Origin: an uncultured Bacteroidales bacterium
Lineage (GTDB): Bacteria; Bacteroidota; Bacteroidia; Bacteroidales; ML635J-15
Assembly (NCBI GenBank): GCA_964511665.1
Contig: CAZEHA010000003.1
Span: 45,880 to 109,879 of the forward strand
Direction: 5' to 3'
DNA length: 64,000 nt
The notes under the pieces were generated by a model. That model was not told where the DNA came from. It saw only the letters and a list, made by a program, of their open reading frames with translations, and searched no databases. This document shows positions 37,281 to 46,183 of this stretch, in pieces; the stretch's first letter is position 1; each line of letters opens with the position of its first letter. The position numbers and the translations under genes were made by a program.

Positions 37281-37985
37281 ATGAAATGTATTATTATTGA
37301 CGACGACCCCACTTCACGCCAACTAATTGAATCGTACATAGAACGCACCGGAACTCTCAGTCTATCGGAGTCGTTCGATAATGCCGTTAATGCATTGCAA
37401 AAATTGAAAGCAAACGAGCATATCGATTTGTTGTTTCTTGATATCATGATGCCTCAAATGACAGGTATGCAATTACTAAAAGTGCTAAAAGGCAATCAGC
37501 AGGTTATTGTAATTTCAGGAAAAAAAGAATTTGCCCTCGAAACATTTAATTACGATGTTACCGATTATCTGCTGAAGCCCATTACTTACGAACGCTTTTT
37601 TAAAGCTGTTGAAAAGGCATATGAAAGGCATTACGAACAACATGTTGCACACAACCGAGAAGGATTTCTGGTAAAAACCGGTTTATCATTCAGAAAAGTT
37701 TCTTACTCCGAAATTCATTGTATCGAAAACACCAACAATAATGTATTGCTATGGTCGGGTTGCGAATCGATTAAAATACTCGACAATTTTGATGATATTG
37801 CTCAACTTGTACCTAAAAAACATTTTTGCCGTCCACATCAGGATTTCATCGTAAATCTGTTGAAATTAAATCATATTGAAGATAATTGTATTGTTTTCGA
37901 CATGAATGCTTCGCCCAAAATCATACCTTTGACGCTGATAGATAAACAAAGCTTAATCGACTTAATCGAGAAAGCAAAAAGCTAA
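37281..37985 (+). CDS. LytTR-family response regulator
   Basis: Receiver domain (CIIIDDDP...LFLDIMMPQMTG...LLKP) plus a C-terminal LytTR-like DNA-binding domain. I place the start at ATG 37281, because the track start is a GTG extension. Confidence 0.75.
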   Translation: MKCIIIDDDPTSRQLIESYIERTGTLSLSESFDNAVNALQKLKANEHIDLLFLDIMMPQMTGMQLLKVLKGNQQVIVISGKKEFALETFNYDVTDYLLKPITYERFFKAVEKAYERHYEQHVAHNREGFLVKTGLSFRKVSYSEIHCIENTNNNVLLWSGCESIKILDNFDDIAQLVPKKHFCRPHQDFIVNLLKLNHIEDNCIVFDMNASPKIIPLTLIDKQSLIDLIEKAKS

Positions 37986-37994
37986 GAACAGGCT

Positions 37995-39182
37995 ATGATT
38001 TCGAATCGCGAACTTTTTTTACGCAATATGGGGCAAACATCGGCCATGCCATATATGCTCGAAATTGTCTCGGCATCGGGAATATATCTTACCGATGTGT
38101 CGGGAAAACAATATATCGATCTTATTTCGGGAGTTTCGGTGAGCAATCTGGGGCACAATAATAGCGTGATTATTGAAGCCATTACGCAGCAATTGCATCA
38201 ACATATGCATCTGATGGTTTACGGAGAGTTCATTGTAAATACCCAAACCTTATTGGCCGAAAAACTATGTTCGTTGCTGCCTGAAGATCTCAATAGCGTG
38301 TATTATGTAAATTCGGGAAGTGAGGCGATTGAAGCTGCGTTAAAACTTGCCAAACGGCACACAGGGCGTAGTGGTGTTATCAGCTTTCGAAATGCTTATC
38401 ACGGAAGCAGTGCAGGGGCACTGAGCATTTGTGGAAACGAAGACTTTAAAAACTCTTTCAGGCCATTGGTTCCCGATATTCATATTGCAGCAATTAACAC
38501 AACCGGAACTCTCAACTATATCGACCATAATACTGCCTGTGTTGTAATAGAGCCGGTTCAGGCAGAAGCTGGTGTTTTCGAAATCGAAGCCCAATTTATG
38601 CATAAGCTGCGCGAACAGTGTACCCGAAACCAATGCCTGCTAATATTCGACGAAATACAAACCGGATTTGGACGCACCGGCTCATTGTTTGCCTTTGAGC
38701 ATTATAATATTGTTCCCGACGTGCTGTGCTTAGCCAAAGCCTTTGGAGGTGGGATGCCTCTGGGTGGGATAGTTACAAATAAAACAGTTATGGATTGTTT
38801 TATGGACAATCCCCCATTGGGTCATATCACTACTTTTGGAGGTCATCCGGTAAGCTGCGCCGCTGCCTTGGCATCGCTCGAAATATTATCGACATCGAAA
38901 TTATACCTGTCGGTATATGGTAAAGAGCAGCTTTTCAGGAAGCTTCTGAAACATCGGCTAATTAAAGAAATCAGAGGGAAGGGCCTTTTGCTGGCTGTTG
39001 ATATTGGAAGTGGCGATCGGGTAAATGCATTCATCAGAAAAGCACTAAACAATGGTATTATCAGCGATGGATTTATTTTTTACGACAGTGCCTTTAGAAT
39101 TGCTCCTCCATTAAATATCAGCCCCGAAGAAATAGAAAAAGCCTGCCGGCTCATTTTGCTTACTCTCGATGAAATTGCATAA
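37995..39182 (+). CDS. Class III (acetylornithine/GABA-type) PLP-dependent aminotransferase
   Basis: NSGSEAIEAALKLA, FDEIQTGFGRTG and LAKAFGGG (PLP lysine). Confidence 0.8.
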   Translation: MISNRELFLRNMGQTSAMPYMLEIVSASGIYLTDVSGKQYIDLISGVSVSNLGHNNSVIIEAITQQLHQHMHLMVYGEFIVNTQTLLAEKLCSLLPEDLNSVYYVNSGSEAIEAALKLAKRHTGRSGVISFRNAYHGSSAGALSICGNEDFKNSFRPLVPDIHIAAINTTGTLNYIDHNTACVVIEPVQAEAGVFEIEAQFMHKLREQCTRNQCLLIFDEIQTGFGRTGSLFAFEHYNIVPDVLCLAKAFGGGMPLGGIVTNKTVMDCFMDNPPLGHITTFGGHPVSCAAALASLEILSTSKLYLSVYGKEQLFRKLLKHRLIKEIRGKGLLLAVDIGSGDRVNAFIRKALNNGIISDGFIFYDSAFRIAPPLNISPEEIEKACRLILLTLDEIA

Positions 39183-39227
39183 GATGTCTAAATCGTCGAT
39201 ATTGAATGGTATTGGCTTGGGTTTTTA

Positions 39228-39235
39228 CTACATTT
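39228..39235 (+). promoter_or_regulatory. -7 box for the DUF58 gene
   Basis: TACATTTG. It overlaps the TTG used as the start in the ORF track, and GTG 39252 lies 16 nt downstream. Confidence 0.45.
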
Positions 39236-39251
39236 GCATAATTGTTTTACG

Positions 39252-40172
39252 GTGAAGAATTTAAAAGACATAGAGCATTTCAGGGAATTCGATAATTTAG
39301 ATCTCATTGCCCGTCAGGTTGTAGAAGGGTTTATTACAGGTCTTCATAAAAGTCCTTTTCATGGTTTTTCGGTTGAATTTGCCGAACACCGTTTATACAA
39401 CACCGGTGAATCGACAAAGCACATAGATTGGAAGTTGTTTGCGCGCACCGAGAAACTGTTTGTAAAGCGATTCGAAGAAGAAACCAATTTACGGGGTCAG
39501 ATTATTATTGATGTGTCGTCGTCGATGCTTTTCCCCTATAACTCTAAACATCGAAACAAGCTGGCATATTCGGTGTATTGTGCTGCAGCATTAGTTTATT
39601 TGCTTCGCAGGCAACGCGATGCAGTAGGCCTGAGTTTGTTTCGCGACGAAATCAGTTTTCATTCGCAGGCAAGGCTTTCGCAAGTGCACATACAGTTACT
39701 GTATAACGAATTAAGAAAACTATTAATTTCGGAAAACACTTCGCTAAAAAAAACCACCGATGTAGCACATTGCCTGCATCAATTGGCCGAAACCATACAC
39801 AAACGATCGCTTGTAATAATTTTTAGCGATATGTTTGCTTCTCACGACCCCGAAATACTGTTTCCGGCGTTACAACATTTGCGCTACTCACAACACGAGG
39901 TTCTTTTGTTTCATGTTACCGATAAAAAAATGGAGCAGGAATTTGCATTTGAAAACAGACCCTATAAATTTATTGATTTGGAAACAGGTGTTCAACTAAA
40001 GTTGAATCCAAACGAAGTGAGAGATATTTATGTGCAACGCATGGGTAATTTTATCGAAGAACTTAAGCTAAAGTGTGGTCAATACAGCATTGAATTTGTT
40101 GAAGCCGATATAAGCAATGATTTCGCAGATGTACTTACTGCATACCTTTTAAAACGCAAAAGGTATTTTTAA
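39252..40172 (+). CDS. DUF58 domain protein (vWA-like fold)
   Basis: GLHKSPFHGFSVEFAEHRLYNTGESTKHIDWKLFAR...FEEE is the DUF58 core. The track start at 39234 is a TTG lying inside a TACATTTG -7 box, so GTG 39252 is the more plausible start. Confidence 0.7.
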   Translation: MKNLKDIEHFREFDNLDLIARQVVEGFITGLHKSPFHGFSVEFAEHRLYNTGESTKHIDWKLFARTEKLFVKRFEEETNLRGQIIIDVSSSMLFPYNSKHRNKLAYSVYCAAALVYLLRRQRDAVGLSLFRDEISFHSQARLSQVHIQLLYNELRKLLISENTSLKKTTDVAHCLHQLAETIHKRSLVIIFSDMFASHDPEILFPALQHLRYSQHEVLLFHVTDKKMEQEFAFENRPYKFIDLETGVQLKLNPNEVRDIYVQRMGNFIEELKLKCGQYSIEFVEADISNDFADVLTAYLLKRKRYF

Positions 40173-40202
40173 GCTACTGGTCTGTATAATAAATTTCTTT
40201 AA

Positions 40203-40210
40203 TAAGTTTG
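40203..40210 (+). promoter_or_regulatory. -7 box for the hybrid-kinase pair
   Basis: TAAGTTTG lies 52 nt upstream of ATG 40263. Confidence 0.45.
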
Positions 40211-40262
40211 CATTTCACGCATCTATTTTCTATATTTATGCACTAACCCAAGCAAGCTGTGT

Positions 40263-42992
40263 ATGAAACGAAAATTCAACGATGACGTAAAACGAAAGCA
40301 TATGCTGAATATTACGCTGAAATCGATTGGCGATGCAGTGATTTGCACCGATGAAACCGGCACAATTAATTTCATGAATCCGATAGCCGAAAAACTTACG
40401 GGCTACACATTGGAAGAATCTTTGGGCAGGCATATATCAGAATGCTTTCATATAATAAATGTATTTACACGCGAAAAAGTCAACAACCCTGTATTAAAGG
40501 TTATCGAAAGCGGGAATATTGTAGGTCTGGCCAATCACACACTGCTAATTTCGAAAACAGGCGACGAATATCATATTTCCGATTCGGGAGCTCCTATTAT
40601 TTCGCCCAATGGCGAATTGCTGGGTGTTGTTTTGGTATTTAGAGATGTTACCGACCAATACCATGCCGAAGAACGATTGCTCGAAAGTGAGCGCCGTTTC
40701 AGAAGTTTATTCGAAAATATGAAAGAAGGCGTTGCCTTGCACGAACTTATTTTAGATGCAAGCGGAAAGCCCATAAACTATTGTTTGATTGACACCAATC
40801 CGGCTTATCAACTGCACACCGGCATTCATCTTCCTCATGGGGAGCGCAGGTATGCCAACGAAATGTACAATACCGACACACCCCCCTATCTTGATGAATT
40901 TGCTAAGGTGGCAATTACCGGAGAAACATTTGTTTTCGACACATACTTTGAACCACTTGGCCGACATTTTCATGTGTCGGTGATTTCTACCCGTAAAAAC
41001 ACCTTTGCCACGATATTTGAGGATATCACCGAGCGCATAAAAATGTTGAATGCGCTGCAGGAAAGCGAGCAACGATTCCGCAAAATTTTTGAAGACTCGG
41101 CCGATGCCATTGTGCTGATTAAGAAAGGTATGATAGTGGATTGCAACAAAGCTGCACTTAAACTATTAAAGTTCAAAACAAAGAAATCGTTGGTTGGCAA
41201 AACACCCCAGGTAATCTCTCCCGAGTTTCAGAACAATGGAATTGAAAGCAATGTAAAAGCAATAGAGATGATGAATATTGCGTATGAGCATGGCAAAAAC
41301 CGTTTCGAATGGACACATATGTGTTCTGACAATAGCCTTGTTGAATGCGAAATAATGCTAACCTCGATGCGAGGCGAAGGCGAAAGCATGCTGCATGCCG
41401 TAATGCGCGACATAACACTACGGAACCAAGCTTTGCGAAGACTTACCGAAAGTGAAGAAAAATTCAGAACACTTTTCGAAACCATGGTTCAGGGAGTTAT
41501 TTACTACACTCCCGATGGCGTAATGATTTCGGCAAATTCAGCAGCCGAAAAGATTTTTGAAACCAACAAGCTGTTGAATTATAAAAATGCACTTGAATTC
41601 AGAAAATGGCAGCTTATCGATTTAGAAGGCAAATTGATTGCATCTGACGAGCAGCCCGAAAAGCATATACTGCAAAGCCGACAGGAATTAAGAAACATAA
41701 AAATTGGAATAAAAAGCGATAGTATTGCGATGCATAAATGGTTGAATATTAACGTAATTCCCGTTTTTGATAAAACAACAGACTCCATTATTAACATATA
41801 TGTAACCTTCGAAGACATTACCGAACTCATCGAGATAGAAAAGGCTCTTACCGTTGCCAAAACAAAAGCCGAGCAGAGCGATAAACTAAAAACAGCATTT
41901 TTAGCCAACTTAAGTCACGAAATAAGAACTCCTATGAACGCTATCATGGGGTTTTCGGAACTGCTGATGGGCCAAACCCTTCATGAAAGCAGCAGGAAAT
42001 ACTATGCTGAGATAATTAATAACTCGAGCCGTAATCTGCTTCGGATAATCGATGATTTACTCGATATCTCGAAAATAGAGTCCGGACAATTGAATCTGGA
42101 CATATCTCCGGTTGACATCAATCACCTGCTAGAAAAAACCTATTCGGTATTTAATCAGATATTGCTCACCCGAAAACACAAAGATTTGGAGTTAAAAATG
42201 GTAAGTGCGCAACAAGAACTAATTGCCATGGCAGATGAAACACGACTTCAGCAAATACTGAATAACCTCATCGAAAATGCAATCAAGTTTACCGAAGCAG
42301 GAAGCATAGAATTTGGGTGTTTGCTCGAGAATGGCCTTCTTCATTTTTGGGTTTCCGACACAGGAATTGGTATTGCGCCCGAATCGCAGCATAAAGTATT
42401 TGAACGCTTTTGGCAAGCCGACGACAGCAGGGTAAAGTCGAAGGGCGGAACCGGTCTGGGATTATCGATTTGCCTACGCCTGGTTGAAATAATGGGTGGA
42501 AGCATGGGCTTTGTATCAGCCGAAGCAAAGGGCAGTCGCTTTTATTTCAGCATTCCATATAATGAGGCAATTATCACCAACACAAAAAACAAAACGATAG
42601 AATCAAGTAATAAAAAACATTCTATTCTAAAACTATTAGTAGTAGAAGACGATTTAATCAACGTACAATATCTCAAAGAAATACTTTCGAGATATAAAAC
42701 ATGTGAATTCGAGTTTGCCTACGATGGCATCGAGGCCATTGAAAAATGCAGAAACAACAACTATCACATCATGCTACTCGACATACAGCTACCGGGAATG
42801 AATGGTTTTGAAGTTGCCCGTAAGATTAGAGAATTCAACAAAAAAATTACGATTATTGCCCAAACCGCATTTGCTATGGCCGAAGACAAAACCAAGTGCA
42901 TCGCCGCAGGCTGCAACAATTACATATCGAAACCGATAAACTATCTCGAATTATTCAGTATGCTCGATAGTTATAACACCGGCAGCCAATAA
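40263..42992 (+). CDS. Soluble hybrid sensor histidine kinase (multiple PAS domains, HisKA, HATPase_c, receiver)
   Basis: 909 aa with no TM segment. It has several PAS modules, an H-box LSHEIRTPMNAI, a G-box GGTGLGLSI and a C-terminal receiver (MLLDIQLPGMNG...ISKP). Confidence 0.9.
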   Translation: MKRKFNDDVKRKHMLNITLKSIGDAVICTDETGTINFMNPIAEKLTGYTLEESLGRHISECFHIINVFTREKVNNPVLKVIESGNIVGLANHTLLISKTGDEYHISDSGAPIISPNGELLGVVLVFRDVTDQYHAEERLLESERRFRSLFENMKEGVALHELILDASGKPINYCLIDTNPAYQLHTGIHLPHGERRYANEMYNTDTPPYLDEFAKVAITGETFVFDTYFEPLGRHFHVSVISTRKNTFATIFEDITERIKMLNALQESEQRFRKIFEDSADAIVLIKKGMIVDCNKAALKLLKFKTKKSLVGKTPQVISPEFQNNGIESNVKAIEMMNIAYEHGKNRFEWTHMCSDNSLVECEIMLTSMRGEGESMLHAVMRDITLRNQALRRLTESEEKFRTLFETMVQGVIYYTPDGVMISANSAAEKIFETNKLLNYKNALEFRKWQLIDLEGKLIASDEQPEKHILQSRQELRNIKIGIKSDSIAMHKWLNINVIPVFDKTTDSIINIYVTFEDITELIEIEKALTVAKTKAEQSDKLKTAFLANLSHEIRTPMNAIMGFSELLMGQTLHESSRKYYAEIINNSSRNLLRIIDDLLDISKIESGQLNLDISPVDINHLLEKTYSVFNQILLTRKHKDLELKMVSAQQELIAMADETRLQQILNNLIENAIKFTEAGSIEFGCLLENGLLHFWVSDTGIGIAPESQHKVFERFWQADDSRVKSKGGTGLGLSICLRLVEIMGGSMGFVSAEAKGSRFYFSIPYNEAIITNTKNKTIESSNKKHSILKLLVVEDDLINVQYLKEILSRYKTCEFEFAYDGIEAIEKCRNNNYHIMLLDIQLPGMNGFEVARKIREFNKKITIIAQTAFAMAEDKTKCIAAGCNNYISKPINYLELFSMLDSYNTGSQ

Positions 42993-43067
42993 GTCTAACT
43001 AATTAACGAGCCGTAATTGCTCGTAAAAGCATGTTTTTATTGTTTAAACTTTTTGAATTTGAAACCT

Positions 43068-46000
43068 ATGGAAAGCTTTTTTAATCTGTTATTTCAGGAA
43101 TCGCAAGTGGGAATGATTATGGGGAACGCATTTTGTCGGGGATCAAAAAAGACATACCATATTGCTGATGCAAACCCTGCAATGCTGCATATCATGGATA
43201 CCCGGGCAGATGTATTGAAAAACAAGGACTTAACAAAAGTTATCGAAAAACTACCCAATCAAGCAGCAGAATTTCTGCTAATTGTAAAAAACCAACTTGA
43301 CAAAAGTTTCAACAGCAACAGTATAACATTTAAAAGTTTGCAAAACCGCTGGTATCACCTGCTTATTCACGTAAACAACGACTATCACTTTCTTTGCACC
43401 TTCTACGATATCACCAGCGAGAAACAAGTTGTTGAAGAATCGGAGAATTTTGTGAGATTAATTCCCGACATGCTGTGCTGCCTCGACGAGAATGGTTATT
43501 TTCTAAGAACCAACGATCTTTGGGAACAAACCACCGGATTACACAAAGACGCTTTTATTGGGCGAAGTTTTTTCGAATTTGTACACCCCGACGAATTTCA
43601 TGATAGTTATATAAAATGGAACGAAATAAAAGATAAATCGGCATTCAACACTTTTACCAACCGATATAAATGTAAAAACGGACTGTATCGCTATTTTGAA
43701 TGGAGAACCTACTTTCACGACAATAAATACTATGCAGCGGCTCGCGATATAACCCGCAGAATAGAAAAGAACCAGCGCCTCGAAAACCTTGCATCTTTTT
43801 CGGAAGAGTTATTAGAGATGACATCAGACAACTACGATTTCGACAAGATTTTGAACAACCTCATGGTGCTTACACCAGCGCGATATTGCGCTATCAACCT
43901 GTTCGACCCTACAAAAAACACCTACACCACTGTTGCCATAAAAGGAGACATAAAGGGCATTGAGCGTATTCAAAAACTATTGGGGTTTAAATTGCTTGAA
44001 CGCAGCTGGAAATACAATCCAATGCAGGAGAACTATTTTTCGTCGGGAGCATTTCACATTTTAAAGTCATTTAACGAATTTCCCGATTTCATCATTCCAC
44101 GGGCAATACGCGCTACATTATCGAAAGCCTTCCCCGTTGGTAATATTGGAATATTCAAAATTAAAACCGATAGCGAAATTATAGGCTACATCGTATTGTT
44201 TACAAAAAAAGGAGAAGAAATTAGTTTAAGCAAAGACCTCGACATATACATCAGGCAAATCGGCATGTTGTTTTCAAGAATCAGAACCGAAGATGCATTA
44301 CGACAAAGTCGCCAACAACTCCGACAGATTATCGATCTGGTTCCTCATTTCATTTTTGCCAAAGACATTAATGGCAGGTTTATTCTGGCAAATAAATCGA
44401 TTGCAGAGACCTACGGAACCACCACCGAAGAAATCATTGGCAAAACAGACGATAATTTCAACAACAATAATGAAGAAAACGAACACTTCAGAAAAATTGA
44501 TAGAGAAGTAATAATAAGTGGCAAGCCTAAATTTATTGAAGCTGAACCGGTTACCGGTGCAAACAACACTACAAAAATAGTTCAAACCATAAAAATTCCA
44601 TTCATCGAAGCTCAAGAAAACATTAAAGCTGTATTGGGAGTATCAACCGACATCACCGAAAGGGTGAAAGCACAAATAAAATTAGAAACCAGCGAGATGC
44701 GTTACCGAACACTGGTGGAATTTGCAGCCGATACTATTTTACTCGGAATTACCGATGGCACAATTACACAGGCAAACGATCAGGCTGAAAAACTTACAGG
44801 GTACACAAAAGATGAACTCACCAAGCTTCGTATCGAAAATTTGTTTACTGCCGACGCCCTTAACAGAACACCTATGCGTTACGATTTAATATCTCAAGGA
44901 CAAACGGTACGAAACGAAAGGATTATTCGGAGAAAAGACGGAAAAAAGATTGCCATCGAAATGAATACCCGCATGATGCCCGATAACACTATTCAAACCA
45001 TTATGCGCGACATTGAAGAAACCAAACGTATTCAAAAAGAACTAACCCTTGCCAAAGAAAAAGCCGAGGAAAACGACAGGCTAAAGTCTGCTTTTCTTTC
45101 GAACATGAGCCACGAAATACGCACACCCATGAATGCAATTGTGGGTTTTTCGGGATTACTGGCCGACGACAATCTGAGTGCCGAAAAAAAACAGTATTAT
45201 ATCGATATTATCGAGAACAACTGTAACAATCTGTTGCGGATTATCGACGATGTACTCGATATTTCGAAAATAGAATCGGGACAACTTGAGATTATAAAAA
45301 CTTCGTGTAATCTCCACGAAGTTATCGAACGGATAAAAGATATCATTACCGAAACCCATGAGAAAGTAAAAAATGGTATAGAACTCCGATTTAATTTACC
45401 CGACCACCAACTCGAAATAGTTACCGATGAAACACGACTCATGCAGGTACTGGTGAACCTGAGCACAAACGCAATGAATTTTACGCAGGAGGGATATGTT
45501 GAAATTGGGGTAACTCGTAGCGACAAAGAAGTTCTGTTTTTTGTAAAAGACACAGGAATTGGTATTGCTCCTGAACTTCACGAAAAAGTTTTCGAACGTT
45601 TTTATAGAACCGGACACATAAAAACAGGCCGCCACGGAGGTACAGGCCTTGGTCTCACAATTTGTCGCAGTCTTATCGAAATGATGGGAGGTAAAATATG
45701 GCTTAAATCGAAGCCGGGACAGGGAACACAGGTTTACTTCACCTTACCTTATGTGAAGGCCGCCATTTCTGATAGCACAACAAATACAATGACATCGCCG
45801 AAGACAGACTTCGCCAATTATTCGATACTTGTGGTAGAAGACGACGAAAACAGTCTCGAATACCTGCTTACATTACTGAAGTACTACGGGTTTAAAAGAG
45901 TAGTTGCTGCCATCGACGGACATTCGGCTGTAGAAAAAGCATTATCTGAAAGTTTCGATGTAATATTAATGGATATTCAGCTACCCGACATTAGTGGTTT

Positions 46001-46178
46001 GGAAGCTACACAGCTGATAAAGCAAACAAAACCCGAGTCGATGATTATTGCACAAACTGCGTTTGCCATGCAGAACGATAAGGCCAGATGTCTTAGGGCC
46101 GGTTGCAACGGTTACATAACCAAACCCGTGAAACCCGAAGAATTAATGGTAACACTTTCGCATTCTTTGCGAAAATAA
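43068..46178 (+). CDS. Soluble hybrid sensor histidine kinase (PAS and GAF-like modules, HisKA, HATPase_c, receiver)
   Basis: It has an H-box MSHEIRTPMNAI, a G-box GGTGLGLTI and a receiver (ILMDIQLPDISG...ITKP). It is a paralogue of the upstream kinase. I place the start at ATG 43068. Confidence 0.9.
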   Translation: MESFFNLLFQESQVGMIMGNAFCRGSKKTYHIADANPAMLHIMDTRADVLKNKDLTKVIEKLPNQAAEFLLIVKNQLDKSFNSNSITFKSLQNRWYHLLIHVNNDYHFLCTFYDITSEKQVVEESENFVRLIPDMLCCLDENGYFLRTNDLWEQTTGLHKDAFIGRSFFEFVHPDEFHDSYIKWNEIKDKSAFNTFTNRYKCKNGLYRYFEWRTYFHDNKYYAAARDITRRIEKNQRLENLASFSEELLEMTSDNYDFDKILNNLMVLTPARYCAINLFDPTKNTYTTVAIKGDIKGIERIQKLLGFKLLERSWKYNPMQENYFSSGAFHILKSFNEFPDFIIPRAIRATLSKAFPVGNIGIFKIKTDSEIIGYIVLFTKKGEEISLSKDLDIYIRQIGMLFSRIRTEDALRQSRQQLRQIIDLVPHFIFAKDINGRFILANKSIAETYGTTTEEIIGKTDDNFNNNNEENEHFRKIDREVIISGKPKFIEAEPVTGANNTTKIVQTIKIPFIEAQENIKAVLGVSTDITERVKAQIKLETSEMRYRTLVEFAADTILLGITDGTITQANDQAEKLTGYTKDELTKLRIENLFTADALNRTPMRYDLISQGQTVRNERIIRRKDGKKIAIEMNTRMMPDNTIQTIMRDIEETKRIQKELTLAKEKAEENDRLKSAFLSNMSHEIRTPMNAIVGFSGLLADDNLSAEKKQYYIDIIENNCNNLLRIIDDVLDISKIESGQLEIIKTSCNLHEVIERIKDIITETHEKVKNGIELRFNLPDHQLEIVTDETRLMQVLVNLSTNAMNFTQEGYVEIGVTRSDKEVLFFVKDTGIGIAPELHEKVFERFYRTGHIKTGRHGGTGLGLTICRSLIEMMGGKIWLKSKPGQGTQVYFTLPYVKAAISDSTTNTMTSPKTDFANYSILVVEDDENSLEYLLTLLKYYGFKRVVAAIDGHSAVEKALSESFDVILMDIQLPDISGLEATQLIKQTKPESMIIAQTAFAMQNDKARCLRAGCNGYITKPVKPEELMVTLSHSLRK

Positions 46179-46183
46179 AAGCC

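Noticed and set aside
43006-43024. The hairpin ACGAGC-CGTAATT-GCTCGT between the two hybrid kinases, considered as a terminator.
   Set aside because: The stem is only 6 bp with a 7-nt loop, and it is followed by AAAAGCATGTTTTT rather than an immediate U-tract. This is too weak to call. It might act as a partial attenuator, but the sequence alone does not support it.
42357-45568. A 20-nt exact DNA identity (gacacaggaattggtattgc) at 42357-42376 and 45549-45568, considered as a dispersed repeat or mobile-element remnant.
   Set aside because: Both copies encode the conserved DTGIGIA G1-box region of paralogous HATPase_c domains. The identity is explained by protein-level conservation between the tandem kinases.
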